Shown here: piece after piece, positions 9,054 to 18,612 of the stretch
How positions within the stretch are numbered: position 1 is the first letter of the stretch
Layout of the letters: the number at the start of each line of letters is the position of its first letter
Source: Candidatus Latescibacterota bacterium
Lineage (GTDB): Bacteria; Latescibacterota; UBA2968; UBA8231
Length of the DNA stretch: 40,343 bases
Direction: 5' to 3'
NCBI GenBank assembly: GCA_036339235.1
Contig: JAYZCA010000287.1
Location: 1 to 40,343 of the forward strand
Notes under the pieces: model-generated
Told to the model about the DNA's origin: nothing
What the model saw: only the letters and a program-made list of their open reading frames with translations
The model's database searches: none
Made by a program: the position numbers and the translations under genes

Positions 9054-9632
9054 GTGCGCAGATTCACCGCTCTACTCGTGGCGATGCTAGTCGCCGCCGC
9101 CACAGCCAGCACCGAGCCGACACCCGAACAGATCGGCCAGATACGGGTGTACCTCTCTCCGGACGAGGCTCTGCAGCGCGCCTATCCGGAGGCGATCCGC
9201 TTCGACACGCACCTGCTGGCCGTGACGGACACGCTGCAGGAGCGTCTGCACGAACAGGGAATTCGCGGCTTTGCCGGTGACTCCGTGGCCGTCTATATTG
9301 CCCGCGACTCGACGGATACGCCTCTCGGGTACGCCGCCATCGGCGAGGAGATCGGTAAGTACCGTCCTATCACGTTCCTCGTCGCCGTCGACCTGCAATT
9401 GCAAGTGTCGAGCGTGGCCATTCTCGTGTACCGCGAGAGCCGCGGCGCCGAGGTTCGCCGTCAGCGGTTCCTGCGCCAGTATCGAGGCAAGGACGGTGAC
9501 GATCCCATCCGGATCAACCGAGATATCATCAACATCACAGGTGCCACGCTGTCGGTGCGCGCACTGAATGTGGGTGTGCGCAAGTCGCTGTTCTTTCTCG
9601 AAGCGGCCTTCGACCAACTCCAACCGAACTGA
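9054..9632 (+). CDS. Secreted FMN-binding (FMN_bind) domain protein
   Basis: The ORF has a GTG start and a signal peptide MRRFTALLVAMLVAAATAS. Its C-terminal RINRDIINITGATLSVRALNVGV matches the (S/T)GAT flavinylation motif of RnfG/NqrC/NosR-type FMN_bind domains. Confidence 0.75.
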   Translation: MRRFTALLVAMLVAAATASTEPTPEQIGQIRVYLSPDEALQRAYPEAIRFDTHLLAVTDTLQERLHEQGIRGFAGDSVAVYIARDSTDTPLGYAAIGEEIGKYRPITFLVAVDLQLQVSSVAILVYRESRGAEVRRQRFLRQYRGKDGDDPIRINRDIINITGATLSVRALNVGVRKSLFFLEAAFDQLQPN

Positions 9633-9656
9633 CACACGACCCCTGCCCCGAGCCAC

Positions 9657-10163
9657 ATGCGCTATTTCACGAATCGCTCCACCCTCGCCCGCATGGACTT
9701 CAACACGAAGCTTATCGTCACCTATTTCCTGGTGTTCATGCTGGCGGCTTCGGCCTTCTCGATCTTCATGTCATGGGAACGCACCCGGATCACGACCGCC
9801 GGCGCCGCCGCCTACTACCGTGGTGACGAGTCGCGGATGATGTTCCCCAAGGACCGTCTTGAGTTGATCGAGACCACGCACTTTCATCTGTTCATAACCC
9901 CCGTCATCGTTCTTACCGTGGGCCATCTTTTCCTGATGAGCGCCTGGAGTCGTCGGTGGAAGAGCGTCGTCGTCACCTCTGCCTTCGGCTACGCCGCACT
10001 CGACATAGCCAAGCCGTGGCTGGTGCGTTACGTGGCCGCAGAGTTCGGCGTTCTGGCGCCGATCAACTCGGCGCTGTTCGGCGCGACGATGCTGCTGTGT
10101 ATCCTCGTGCCCCTCTACGAGATCTGGTTCCTCAAGGTGGACGTCACAACCCGGCCCCACTAG
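9657..10163 (+). CDS. Small 4-TM membrane protein of unknown family, three His in TM2
   Basis: The protein has four hydrophobic helices. TM2 reads THFHLFITPVIVLTVGHLF, with two of its His residues 13 residues apart. I recognised no family. The stop directly abuts the next start at 10164. Confidence 0.6.
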   Translation: MRYFTNRSTLARMDFNTKLIVTYFLVFMLAASAFSIFMSWERTRITTAGAAAYYRGDESRMMFPKDRLELIETTHFHLFITPVIVLTVGHLFLMSAWSRRWKSVVVTSAFGYAALDIAKPWLVRYVAAEFGVLAPINSALFGATMLLCILVPLYEIWFLKVDVTTRPH

Positions 10164-13100
10164 ATGAAGTCCTGGCAGATCCGGGTCGACACGGGCGGCA
10201 CGTTCACCGACTGCCTGGCCATCGATCCCCAGGGTCGCCTGCATCGTGCCAAGGTGCTGAGCAGCAGTACGCTGCGCGGGCGCATCACGGATCGTCCCGC
10301 CCCCGACACCCTTCGTGTCGACATCCCCTGGACGGCACCTGCGGGGTTCCTGCGCGGCTACGAGTTGCGCATCCTCGGTTCCGCCCACGCGGGTATACAA
10401 GTCGTCGATTTCGACGGCGACAAACGGATCACCGTGGACGGTTCTCTTCCTTCCCAGGCCGTTGCCGGCACCGACTTCGAGGTGGCGGGGGGCGAGGAAG
10501 CGCCGATTCTGGCGGCGCGACTGATCACCAGCACGCCGCTGCACGATCCTCTGCCAAACATGGAACTGCGGTTGGCGACAACGCGGGGAACCAACGCGCT
10601 TCTGGAGCGCAAGGGAGCGCCTACGGCGCTGTTCGTCACACGCGGCTTCGGCGACCTGCTGCGTATCGGCGATCAGCAGCGGCCCGATCTGTTCGCGCTA
10701 CATGTGCGCAAGGTGACACCGCTTACCGAGGAGGTGGTCGAAGTGGACGAGCGCCTCGACGCTGAGGGGCTCGTCGTGAGGACGCTGTCGCTGGAGGGGC
10801 TCGAAGAGAAGTCGCGCCGCCTACAGGCAAAGGGCGTGCGTGCCGCCGCTGTCACCCTCATGCACAGTTATCGCAACCCGGAGCACGAGGAGCGTGTCGC
10901 CGCTTTCCTCCGCGACATGGGCTTCGAAACGGTATGCGCTTCGGCCCGGCTGGCGCCGCTGATCAAGATCCTGCCACGGGCGCAGACTGCGGTTGTAGAG
11001 GCCTGCCTGGGGCCGATCATCAACGGGTATCTCGAGCGCGTCGGCTCCTGTGTGACGGGCACCGTACATGCCATGACGAGCGCCGGGGGGCTCGTAGAGC
11101 GCAGCCGCTATCTCGCCAAGGACAGCCTGCTGTCGGGTCCGGCAGGGGGTGTCGCCGGTGCGGCGGCGGCGGCCAGGGACAGCGGCGAGGAGCGGATCAT
11201 CTCCTTCGACATGGGCGGCACGAGCACGGACGTGGCGCGCTGGGGCGGCGACTTCGAGTACCAGTTCGAGCACACCGTCGGCAACGCTCGCCTGGTGTCG
11301 CCGGCGCTGGCTATCGAGACCGTCGCCGCCGGTGGCGGTTCGATCTGTCGCTTTTCCCGGGGCCGTCTCACCGTGGGGCCAGAGAGCGCCGGCGCTGATC
11401 CCGGTCCCGCGTGTTACGGCGCCGGCGGACCGCTGACGGTGACCGACGTGAATCTTCTGCTCGGGCGCCTCGATCCCGACCGCTTCGGCATCCCCATCGC
11501 CGTCGCCGCTGCCGAGGTCCGTCTGCAGGAGCTGCTGGCGCAGATGGAGGACGAAGGTGACAGCGCAACGCCGGTGGAGGTGCTGGCGGGGCTGATCCGG
11601 ATCGCCGACGAGCGCATGGCGGCGGCCATCCGTCGCGTCTCCGTCGAAAAGGGGTACGATCCCGCCGCCCACGCCCTGGTCGCCTTCGGGGGCGCCGGCG
11701 CCCAGCATGCCTGTGGCGTGGCGGCGTGTCTCGGCATCGAACGCGTCCTGGTGCCCGTCGACGCCAGCCTCCTGTCGGCGCGCGGGCTGGGCGCCGCCGT
11801 CGTCGAGCGCTTCGTCCAGCGCCAGGTGCTCGAGCCGTTGACCGAAGTGGCGCCGCGGCTGGAGGGCTGGCTCCACCAGCTGGGGGAGGCGGCGTGCCGC
11901 GAGGTCGCGGCGGAGGGGGTCGCCGCCGCCGGCGCGCAGGTCCGGCGCCGCATGGTGAACCTGCGTTTCCGTGGCCAGGAATCGTGTCTCACCGTCGAGG
12001 CAAGCGATGGCGTGTCGCTGTCGCAAGCCTTCGCCGAGGCCTACGAGGCCGTCTACGGACATCGCCCGTCGTCGGAGCGCACGATAGAGGTCGAATCGCT
12101 GCGTGTCGTCGCCAGTTCAACCGAGCCTGCGTCGTCGTCGGCCGCTTGGGCGCCGCGGGCGGGTGACGGGGTCCCCGGTCGGCGTCGTGCGTGGACGGGG
12201 TCCGACTGGAAGGATGTACTGACGTACGAGCGCGACGATCTGGGGTCCGACGCCGTCGTCGACGGCCCGGCAATCGTCTTCGAACGACACAGCGCCGCCT
12301 GGGTCGGCGCCGGCTGGCAGCTGCGGGTAGACACTGTTGGAGCACTGACGATGCGCGCGAAGCCGACTGCGGTGGAGCCATCCACCCTGCCGGAAACCAC
12401 CGGGCATGCAGAGGCGGTCCGCCTGGAGCTGTTCACACACGCCTTGGAGAACGGCGCCCGCGAGATGGGCACGCTGCTGCAGCGCACGGCGCTGTCGACG
12501 AACGTGAAGGAACGTCTCGACTTCTCCTGCGCCCTGCTCGACGCGGCGGGGCGACTCGTCGTCAACGCACCCCACATACCGGTGCATCTCGGGGCGCTGG
12601 GCATATGTGTGCGCGCCGTCGCCAAGGCCCTCGACCTGGCCCCCGGAGATACGGCCATCACCAACCACCCGGGCTTTGGTGGCTCGCACCTGCCCGACAT
12701 CACGCTGATCACGCCGGTGTACTCCGACGCCGGAAACCTGCTCGGGTACGCCGCCAGCCGCGCCCATCACGCCGAGATCGGCGGTATTTGTCCCGGCTCG
12801 ATGCCGCCGGCCGCAACAAGCCTCGCCGAGGAAGGGGTCATCATCGCGCCCCGACTGCTGGTCGACGCCGGCACACCGAGATGGGACGATCTCCGGCGTC
12901 TGCTGCGGTCGGGACCGTATCCGTCACGCGCGCCGGAGGACAACCTCGCCGACCTCGAAGCGGCGTTGGCCGCCAACCACCGGGGGTGCAGTCACCTGCT
13001 GCAACTGGCGGCGACTCACGGCGACGACGAGGTGGCGCGCTACATGGCCGACCTGCGTCAGGAGGCGGATCGTGGCGTGCGCGCGGCGCTGGCCGCCATG

Positions 13101-13979
13101 CCCGATGGTGTGTACCGAGCGCTGGGACGGCTCGATGACGGCGCCGTCATTGAGGTCGCTATCGAGGTGGCGGGGGCGCGGGCGCGGATCGACTTTACCG
13201 GCTCGGCAGTGGTCCACGCCGGCAACCTGAACGCGACTCCGGCTATCGTGCAGAGCGCCGTCGTCTACGTCCTGCGCCTGCTTGTAGAGAAACCGCTGCC
13301 ACTCAACGAGGGCTTTCTCGATCCGGTGGAGATCTGCCTGCCGACGGGTATATTGAACCCTCCTTTCACGCCGGCGGGGGACAACCCCGCCGTCGTCGGC
13401 GGCAACGTGGAGACGAGCCAGCGAGTCGTCGATACGCTGCTGGAGGCCCTGGGGATCGTTGCCGGCAGCCAGGGAACGATGAACAACACGCTGTTCGGGA
13501 ACGATCGTTTTGGTTACTACGAGACGATCTGCGGAGGCACCGGCGCCGGTCCCGGATTCGAAGGCGCCCATGCCGTGCACAGCCACATGACGAACACGAG
13601 GATTACCGACGCTGAGGTCATGGAGAACCGCTACCCGGTACGCACCGAGCACTTTGGGGTACGTCGCGGGAGCGGGGGCGACGGCCGCTGGCACGGGGGG
13701 GACGGGGCGGTACGCGAGTTGACATTTCTCGAGCCGATGACACTGTCGGTCCTGACCCAGCATCGGCAGGCGGGACCGCGGGGTGGTGATGGCGGCGGCG
13801 ACGGGTTGCCGGGACGGCAACATGTGGTACGGACGGACGGGACGATACAGGAACTGGCGGCCATCGACGGCGCCGAGGTGAGCGCCGGGGATCGACTTGT
13901 GATGGAGACTCCGGGCGGCGGTGGCTGGGGAGATCCCACGCCTGACAGGACGATCACACCACGCGACACGGGAGACTGA
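10164..13979 (+). CDS. Fused hydantoinase A / hydantoinase B protein (ATP-dependent 5-oxoprolinase type)
   Basis: The 1271-aa protein starts MKSWQIRVDTGGTFTDCLAID (HyuA N-terminus), with FDMGGTSTDV in the middle. The C-terminal half reads ITNHPGFGGSHLPDITLITPV...GGGGWGDP and is HyuB-like. Confidence 0.9.
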   Translation: MKSWQIRVDTGGTFTDCLAIDPQGRLHRAKVLSSSTLRGRITDRPAPDTLRVDIPWTAPAGFLRGYELRILGSAHAGIQVVDFDGDKRITVDGSLPSQAVAGTDFEVAGGEEAPILAARLITSTPLHDPLPNMELRLATTRGTNALLERKGAPTALFVTRGFGDLLRIGDQQRPDLFALHVRKVTPLTEEVVEVDERLDAEGLVVRTLSLEGLEEKSRRLQAKGVRAAAVTLMHSYRNPEHEERVAAFLRDMGFETVCASARLAPLIKILPRAQTAVVEACLGPIINGYLERVGSCVTGTVHAMTSAGGLVERSRYLAKDSLLSGPAGGVAGAAAAARDSGEERIISFDMGGTSTDVARWGGDFEYQFEHTVGNARLVSPALAIETVAAGGGSICRFSRGRLTVGPESAGADPGPACYGAGGPLTVTDVNLLLGRLDPDRFGIPIAVAAAEVRLQELLAQMEDEGDSATPVEVLAGLIRIADERMAAAIRRVSVEKGYDPAAHALVAFGGAGAQHACGVAACLGIERVLVPVDASLLSARGLGAAVVERFVQRQVLEPLTEVAPRLEGWLHQLGEAACREVAAEGVAAAGAQVRRRMVNLRFRGQESCLTVEASDGVSLSQAFAEAYEAVYGHRPSSERTIEVESLRVVASSTEPASSSAAWAPRAGDGVPGRRRAWTGSDWKDVLTYERDDLGSDAVVDGPAIVFERHSAAWVGAGWQLRVDTVGALTMRAKPTAVEPSTLPETTGHAEAVRLELFTHALENGAREMGTLLQRTALSTNVKERLDFSCALLDAAGRLVVNAPHIPVHLGALGICVRAVAKALDLAPGDTAITNHPGFGGSHLPDITLITPVYSDAGNLLGYAASRAHHAEIGGICPGSMPPAATSLAEEGVIIAPRLLVDAGTPRWDDLRRLLRSGPYPSRAPEDNLADLEAALAANHRGCSHLLQLAATHGDDEVARYMADLRQEADRGVRAALAAMPDGVYRALGRLDDGAVIEVAIEVAGARARIDFTGSAVVHAGNLNATPAIVQSAVVYVLRLLVEKPLPLNEGFLDPVEICLPTGILNPPFTPAGDNPAVVGGNVETSQRVVDTLLEALGIVAGSQGTMNNTLFGNDRFGYYETICGGTGAGPGFEGAHAVHSHMTNTRITDAEVMENRYPVRTEHFGVRRGSGGDGRWHGGDGAVRELTFLEPMTLSVLTQHRQAGPRGGDGGGDGLPGRQHVVRTDGTIQELAAIDGAEVSAGDRLVMETPGGGGWGDPTPDRTITPRDTGD

Positions 13980-13981
13980 CA

Positions 13982-14875
13982 ATGAGAATCCAATCCGCCC
14001 TGTGGGCGACGGCTCTGTGCCTGGCGCCGGTCTCGGCGGTTGCCCAGGACTTCTACGAGTACTGGGGCGACGGGCGCGCCGAGGTGTCCAGCTACAAAGT
14101 CGTGCAGTCCCGCTACGGCGAAGATCGCAGCGGGTACGGCGTGATGATTTTTGTCACCGAGGACGTCAACCGGAACACGCTCATCAAGGTGGAGTCAGAG
14201 ACGCCGAAACAGGATCGCGTCTACGCGCTCAAACTGAACAACGTCCTCAAGTTCACAACCGGCGTCTACGACTATTCGGTGATGACGTCGGTGTTCAGCG
14301 CCGTCGAACCGTCCATGCAGTCGGAGCCCTTCGAACTGATAAAACTCAGCCTGAGCTCGCAGGAGTGGTGCGGCCACGTATTCGAGGAGGTGCGCGTCAC
14401 TGACGACCGTCTGCTGGGGGACCTCATCAGCTACTTCGAGCGCGAGGGACGGCAGCAATGGAGCTTCGACCAGCCGCATGAGTTCGCCAGTGAGGATCAC
14501 CTGCTGATCCGAATTCGCGAGCTGAAGGGGGCATTCATGGCCGAGGGTGAGTCGCGGACGATGACGATGTTGCCCAGCCTGTGGCAGTTCCGCATTCGGC
14601 ACCAGGAGCGGGAACTGGTGGAGGTGACGCTGGCGAAGGGTACCCGCGAGGGGGTCACCATCGACGGCACCGAGTATCAAGCGGTTCCCTGGACGTGGTC
14701 GTACGGGAAGCGCGAGAAGACCGTGTGGGTCGATACGGCCTACCCGCACCGCATCCTTCGATGGGAGAGTTCGAATGGTCGGGGAGAGCTGATGGTGTCG
14801 AAGCGGATGCCGTACTGGGGCCTGCATGGAATCGGAGACGAACATCTACGCGACGAACTGGAGATCCCGAGATGA
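13982..14875 (+). CDS. Secreted hypothetical protein (no recognised family)
   Basis: The signal peptide is MRIQSALWATALCLAPVSAVAQD. The composition is coding-like, the start lies 2 nt after the previous stop, and an ATGA overlap joins it to the next gene. Confidence 0.6.
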   Translation: MRIQSALWATALCLAPVSAVAQDFYEYWGDGRAEVSSYKVVQSRYGEDRSGYGVMIFVTEDVNRNTLIKVESETPKQDRVYALKLNNVLKFTTGVYDYSVMTSVFSAVEPSMQSEPFELIKLSLSSQEWCGHVFEEVRVTDDRLLGDLISYFEREGRQQWSFDQPHEFASEDHLLIRIRELKGAFMAEGESRTMTMLPSLWQFRIRHQERELVEVTLAKGTREGVTIDGTEYQAVPWTWSYGKREKTVWVDTAYPHRILRWESSNGRGELMVSKRMPYWGLHGIGDEHLRDELEIPR

Positions 14876-16266
14876 GCAAGAAGCCACACGTCCTCTACAT
14901 CCTGTCCGACGAACATCGCGGGCAGGCGATGGGACACAGCGGCGATCCGAACGTCAAGACGCCGTGGATGGACCACCTCGCCGCCGGGGGCGCCTCGTTC
15001 CCCCGGGCTTATGCCAACTGTCCGATCTGTACACCGTCGCGGGGAACCATCTTCTCCGGAAGGCATGCCCACGCCGGTCCCGTGGCGGGGTTCTTCGATG
15101 TCTTCAAACCGACGGCGCCGAGTACGGCCACCGAGCTGCGCAAGCATGGCTACCACACCGCCTACTTCGGCAAGTGGCACTGCGGGATCGTACGCAACCA
15201 GATTCCCGCGTCGGTAGCAGAGGATACCAGCGGACTCTACAAGGGGGGCTCGCGTAACCGCACGCCGGAGAGCCACCGTGCCGGTTTCCAGGACTGGTTC
15301 GGTTTCGAGAATCTCAACCAGCACTTCAACAGTTCGATCTACGAGCGCGACAACGTCGATCCCACACCTCTGGAAGGGTATGAGACCGACGCGCTGACGG
15401 AACGCGCCATGGACTATGTCCGCAGCTACGGCGGCGACGAGCCGCTCTTTCTGGTACTCTCGGTAACACCACCACACTTTCCCCTCATCGTACCCGAGGA
15501 GTGGGAACGCTTCGACCCCGACGGACTAGAAGTAAGGCCCAATTTCCATGAATCTCCCGAGATGCGGAAAAACCTGGCCACGTACTACGCGATGATCGAG
15601 AATCTCGACGCCAACATCGGCCGTCTTCTCGAATGTGTGCGGGGCACGCCGGGTTTCGAGGACACGCTGACGGTCTACTTTTCCGACCACGGCGACTACA
15701 TGGGCAGCCACGGTGTGTTCAACACCAAGGAGCATCCCCACGAGGAGTCGGTGCGTATTCCGGCGATCTTCCACTGGCCCGGCCACATCCCCGAGGGCCA
15801 TACGCCGGAGGGAATGTTCAGCCTGGTGGACCTGCTGGCGACGACGCTGGGACTGGTGGGCGCCGAGGTGCCGGCCTGGAGCCAGGGACAGGATTTCTCA
15901 CCGACGTTGCGCGGGGAAACCGGCTTCACGCCGCCGGAGGAGGTGTTTCTCGAGATGGTGGGCAGCCCGCGCTGGCGACTGAGCATGCCCGACTGGCGGG
16001 GTCTGGTGAGCGAGCGCTGGAAATACGCCTTCGTCGAGAATCGCTTCGAACTGCTCTTTGACCTGCAGGCCGATCCTTTCGAAGAAAACAACCTCGCAGA
16101 GCAGGATCCGGAGCAATGCGCAACGTTGCGCGCACGGCTCGTAGAGCTGCTCCACGAGACGCGGGATCCCTATTGGGATGTGCTGATCGAACACGGCGTC
16201 GAACCCGACGGTCCCGTCATCGATGTCAGTGGGCAGCCGGACCGCGGCCTGCCATATCCGATGTGA
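14872..16266 (+). CDS. Cys-type sulfatase, no signal peptide
   Basis: The protein reads MSKKPHVLYILSDEHRG...CPICTPSRGTIFSGR (CxPxR formylglycine motif)...YFSDHGDYMGSHG. The start at 14872 was chosen over the track start 14581 because of the ATGA overlap and the onset of homology. Confidence 0.9.
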   Translation: MSKKPHVLYILSDEHRGQAMGHSGDPNVKTPWMDHLAAGGASFPRAYANCPICTPSRGTIFSGRHAHAGPVAGFFDVFKPTAPSTATELRKHGYHTAYFGKWHCGIVRNQIPASVAEDTSGLYKGGSRNRTPESHRAGFQDWFGFENLNQHFNSSIYERDNVDPTPLEGYETDALTERAMDYVRSYGGDEPLFLVLSVTPPHFPLIVPEEWERFDPDGLEVRPNFHESPEMRKNLATYYAMIENLDANIGRLLECVRGTPGFEDTLTVYFSDHGDYMGSHGVFNTKEHPHEESVRIPAIFHWPGHIPEGHTPEGMFSLVDLLATTLGLVGAEVPAWSQGQDFSPTLRGETGFTPPEEVFLEMVGSPRWRLSMPDWRGLVSERWKYAFVENRFELLFDLQADPFEENNLAEQDPEQCATLRARLVELLHETRDPYWDVLIEHGVEPDGPVIDVSGQPDRGLPYPM

Positions 16267-16268
16267 CA

Positions 16269-18476
16269 ATGGGCAGGCTTACGGACTACGCGGATCCGGA
16301 ACAGGGCTCGGATTCGGTAAACGAATTCTCGAGGGGGAACACGTCGCCATGGATCGCGGCGCCTTTCGGGATGACACACTGGGCGCCACAGACGGAGGAA
16401 GGGCCGCGGTTCTACAAGTCGACGGCGCGGCAACTGCAGGGTATCCGTGCCACGCACCAGCCGAGCCCATGGATCGGGGACTACGGCCACTTCCTCGTCA
16501 TGCCCCAGGTGGGAGCAAGGCTGTTCGGAACCAGGCGCCAGTCCTCCGTGTTCCGTCGCCGCGATACGACGATCAGACCGTACCTGTTCCAGACATTTCT
16601 CGGCCGCTATCAGACCGGCCTGGCCATGACGGCCACCGAACGATGTGCCTGTTTCAGCTTTCAGTTCCCGGCGGACCGGGCGGGGCGCATCCTCATCCAG
16701 GGGCTCGAAGGCGACTCGTGGTTCAGCGTCGACGGCCGTCGCATCGAAGGCTTCACCCGAGGCAACAGCGGTGGAGTCCCCGATGGATTTGCCTGCTACA
16801 TCTACGCGGAAGTCGACACCGACGTATCCGGCTCGTGCCTGTATGTCGGCGACGACGTCTATCGTGGGAATGGTGAGTCCGAACAGATCGGTGTGTCTGT
16901 CGATCTGGAAAGCGGTGGACAGGCGACGCTGCGCATTGCGACGTCCTTCATCAGCGTGGCGCAGGCGAAGCGCAACTTCGATCTGGAGGTCGCCGGTCCT
17001 TCCTTCGAGGCGCTGCGGGACAGCAATGAAGCGATCTGGGAGGAGCGACTCGAACGGATCCAAATCAAAGGCGCAACCGACAGGCAGCGACGCACGTTCT
17101 ACTCCTGTCTCTATCGCACACAGCTATTCCCACGGGTGTGGCACGAACCGGATCAGAGCGGCAACCCGATCCATTACAGCCCCTACGATGGTCGGGTGCA
17201 CGAAGGGGTGTTGTACGCTGACAACGGATTCTGGGACACCCACCGGACGGTCTATTCGCTGCTGTCGATCCTGGATCCACAACGCCTCAGCGAGATGATC
17301 GAGGGCTGGACGAACGCCGCCAAGGAGGGAGGCTGGTTTCCCAAGTGGTCGAGCCCGGGGTATCGTGCGTGTATGATCGGTACACATCTGGATGCCGTGG
17401 TGGCGGATGCGTTTGTAAAAGGCTGTCGTGATTTCGACGTGGAAGCCGCCTACGCGGCGATGCTCAGGGATGCGACCGAAGTCGGCAATGAGGACGGCTC
17501 CTTCGGTCGCGCCGGAATCGACGCCTTCGATCGATTGGGGTATGTGCCTGCCGACGAGTTTGAGCACGCCGCCTCCCGAACGATGGACCACGCCTACACC
17601 GACTTCTGCGTCGCCCAGGTCGCCAGGGGCCTTGGGCGGCAGGAGGATGCCGCACGGTTCTATGACCGGGCTCTGAACTATCGCAACACCTTCGATGTCG
17701 GTACCGGGTTCGCACGCGGGCGGCTGCGCGACGGCAGCTTCGTGGAGCCATTCGACGAGTTCGCGTGGGGTGGCGCCTACATCGAGGGTTCCGCCTGGCA
17801 GTGCACCTGGGCGGTGCCCCACGATCCGGCAGGCATGGCCGAGTTGATGGGAGGGCGGCAGGCGACGATCGCAAAGCTGGATCGCATGCTGGAGTTGCCG
17901 CCCGTGTTCGACGTGGGGAACTATGGCCGCGAGATTCATGAAATGACGGAGATGGCGGCCGTCGATTTCGGACAGTACGCGCACTCGAATCAGCCCGTTC
18001 ACCATGTGCTGTATCTGTACACGGCGCTGGGCGAGCCATCGAAGACGCAATACTGGGTGCGGCGGGTTCTCAACGAGTTGTACAAACCCGGGCCGGCAGA
18101 CGGATTCGCCGGCGACGAGGACAACGGCGAGATGACGGCGTGGTACATATTCAGCGCGCTGGGGCTGTACCCGCTGTGCCCCGGACATTCCATATATGCA
18201 CTGGGCGCACCTCTGTTCGAGAAGGCGACGATCCAGCCCAGGGGCGGCGAGGCGTTCGTGATCGAAGGCAGGGGCAATCGAGGTTCGACGTCGTACGCAC
18301 AGCAGATCGAGCTCGATGGCAGGCCCTTGTCGAGGCTCTTCGTCGAGCAGGAAGAGATCACAAGGGGAGGGACTCTGGCGTTTGAGATGACGGAGGAGGC
18401 GGGCCATCGAACCTACGAGAGTGCCGATCTGCCGTTTTCGTTGTCACGACTCTCAGGAGGCAAGCGGAACAGATGA
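16269..18476 (+). CDS. GH92 family glycoside hydrolase (alpha-mannosidase type), no signal peptide
   Basis: From ATG 16269 the protein reads GNTSPWIAAPFGMTHWAPQT...IRATHQPSPWIGDYGHFLVMPQ...AHSNQPVHHVLYLY...GDEDNGEMTAWYIFSALGLYP, the GH92 signature stretches. Confidence 0.85.
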   Translation: MGRLTDYADPEQGSDSVNEFSRGNTSPWIAAPFGMTHWAPQTEEGPRFYKSTARQLQGIRATHQPSPWIGDYGHFLVMPQVGARLFGTRRQSSVFRRRDTTIRPYLFQTFLGRYQTGLAMTATERCACFSFQFPADRAGRILIQGLEGDSWFSVDGRRIEGFTRGNSGGVPDGFACYIYAEVDTDVSGSCLYVGDDVYRGNGESEQIGVSVDLESGGQATLRIATSFISVAQAKRNFDLEVAGPSFEALRDSNEAIWEERLERIQIKGATDRQRRTFYSCLYRTQLFPRVWHEPDQSGNPIHYSPYDGRVHEGVLYADNGFWDTHRTVYSLLSILDPQRLSEMIEGWTNAAKEGGWFPKWSSPGYRACMIGTHLDAVVADAFVKGCRDFDVEAAYAAMLRDATEVGNEDGSFGRAGIDAFDRLGYVPADEFEHAASRTMDHAYTDFCVAQVARGLGRQEDAARFYDRALNYRNTFDVGTGFARGRLRDGSFVEPFDEFAWGGAYIEGSAWQCTWAVPHDPAGMAELMGGRQATIAKLDRMLELPPVFDVGNYGREIHEMTEMAAVDFGQYAHSNQPVHHVLYLYTALGEPSKTQYWVRRVLNELYKPGPADGFAGDEDNGEMTAWYIFSALGLYPLCPGHSIYALGAPLFEKATIQPRGGEAFVIEGRGNRGSTSYAQQIELDGRPLSRLFVEQEEITRGGTLAFEMTEEAGHRTYESADLPFSLSRLSGGKRNR

Positions 18477-18508
18477 AAGCAAGCATCGTAACCAGGCGAC
18501 TCGAGAGG

Positions 18509-18539
18509 TTCCACGTCGCCGATGGGGGGATTCCACGTC
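18509..18539. promoter_or_regulatory. Direct repeat TTCCACGTC x2 with 22-nt period in the only sizeable gap of the long plus-strand gene string
   Basis: The two copies at 18509-18517 and 18531-18539 are identical and lie 74-104 nt upstream of the sulfatase ATG at 18613. Confidence 0.25.
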
Positions 18540-18612
18540 TGTCGCTGCCCCTTCAAGAGGGTGTCGCGGACATCACCTTCGAGCGTTCTCAACCGGAGGG
18601 GGCCTCAAGTTC

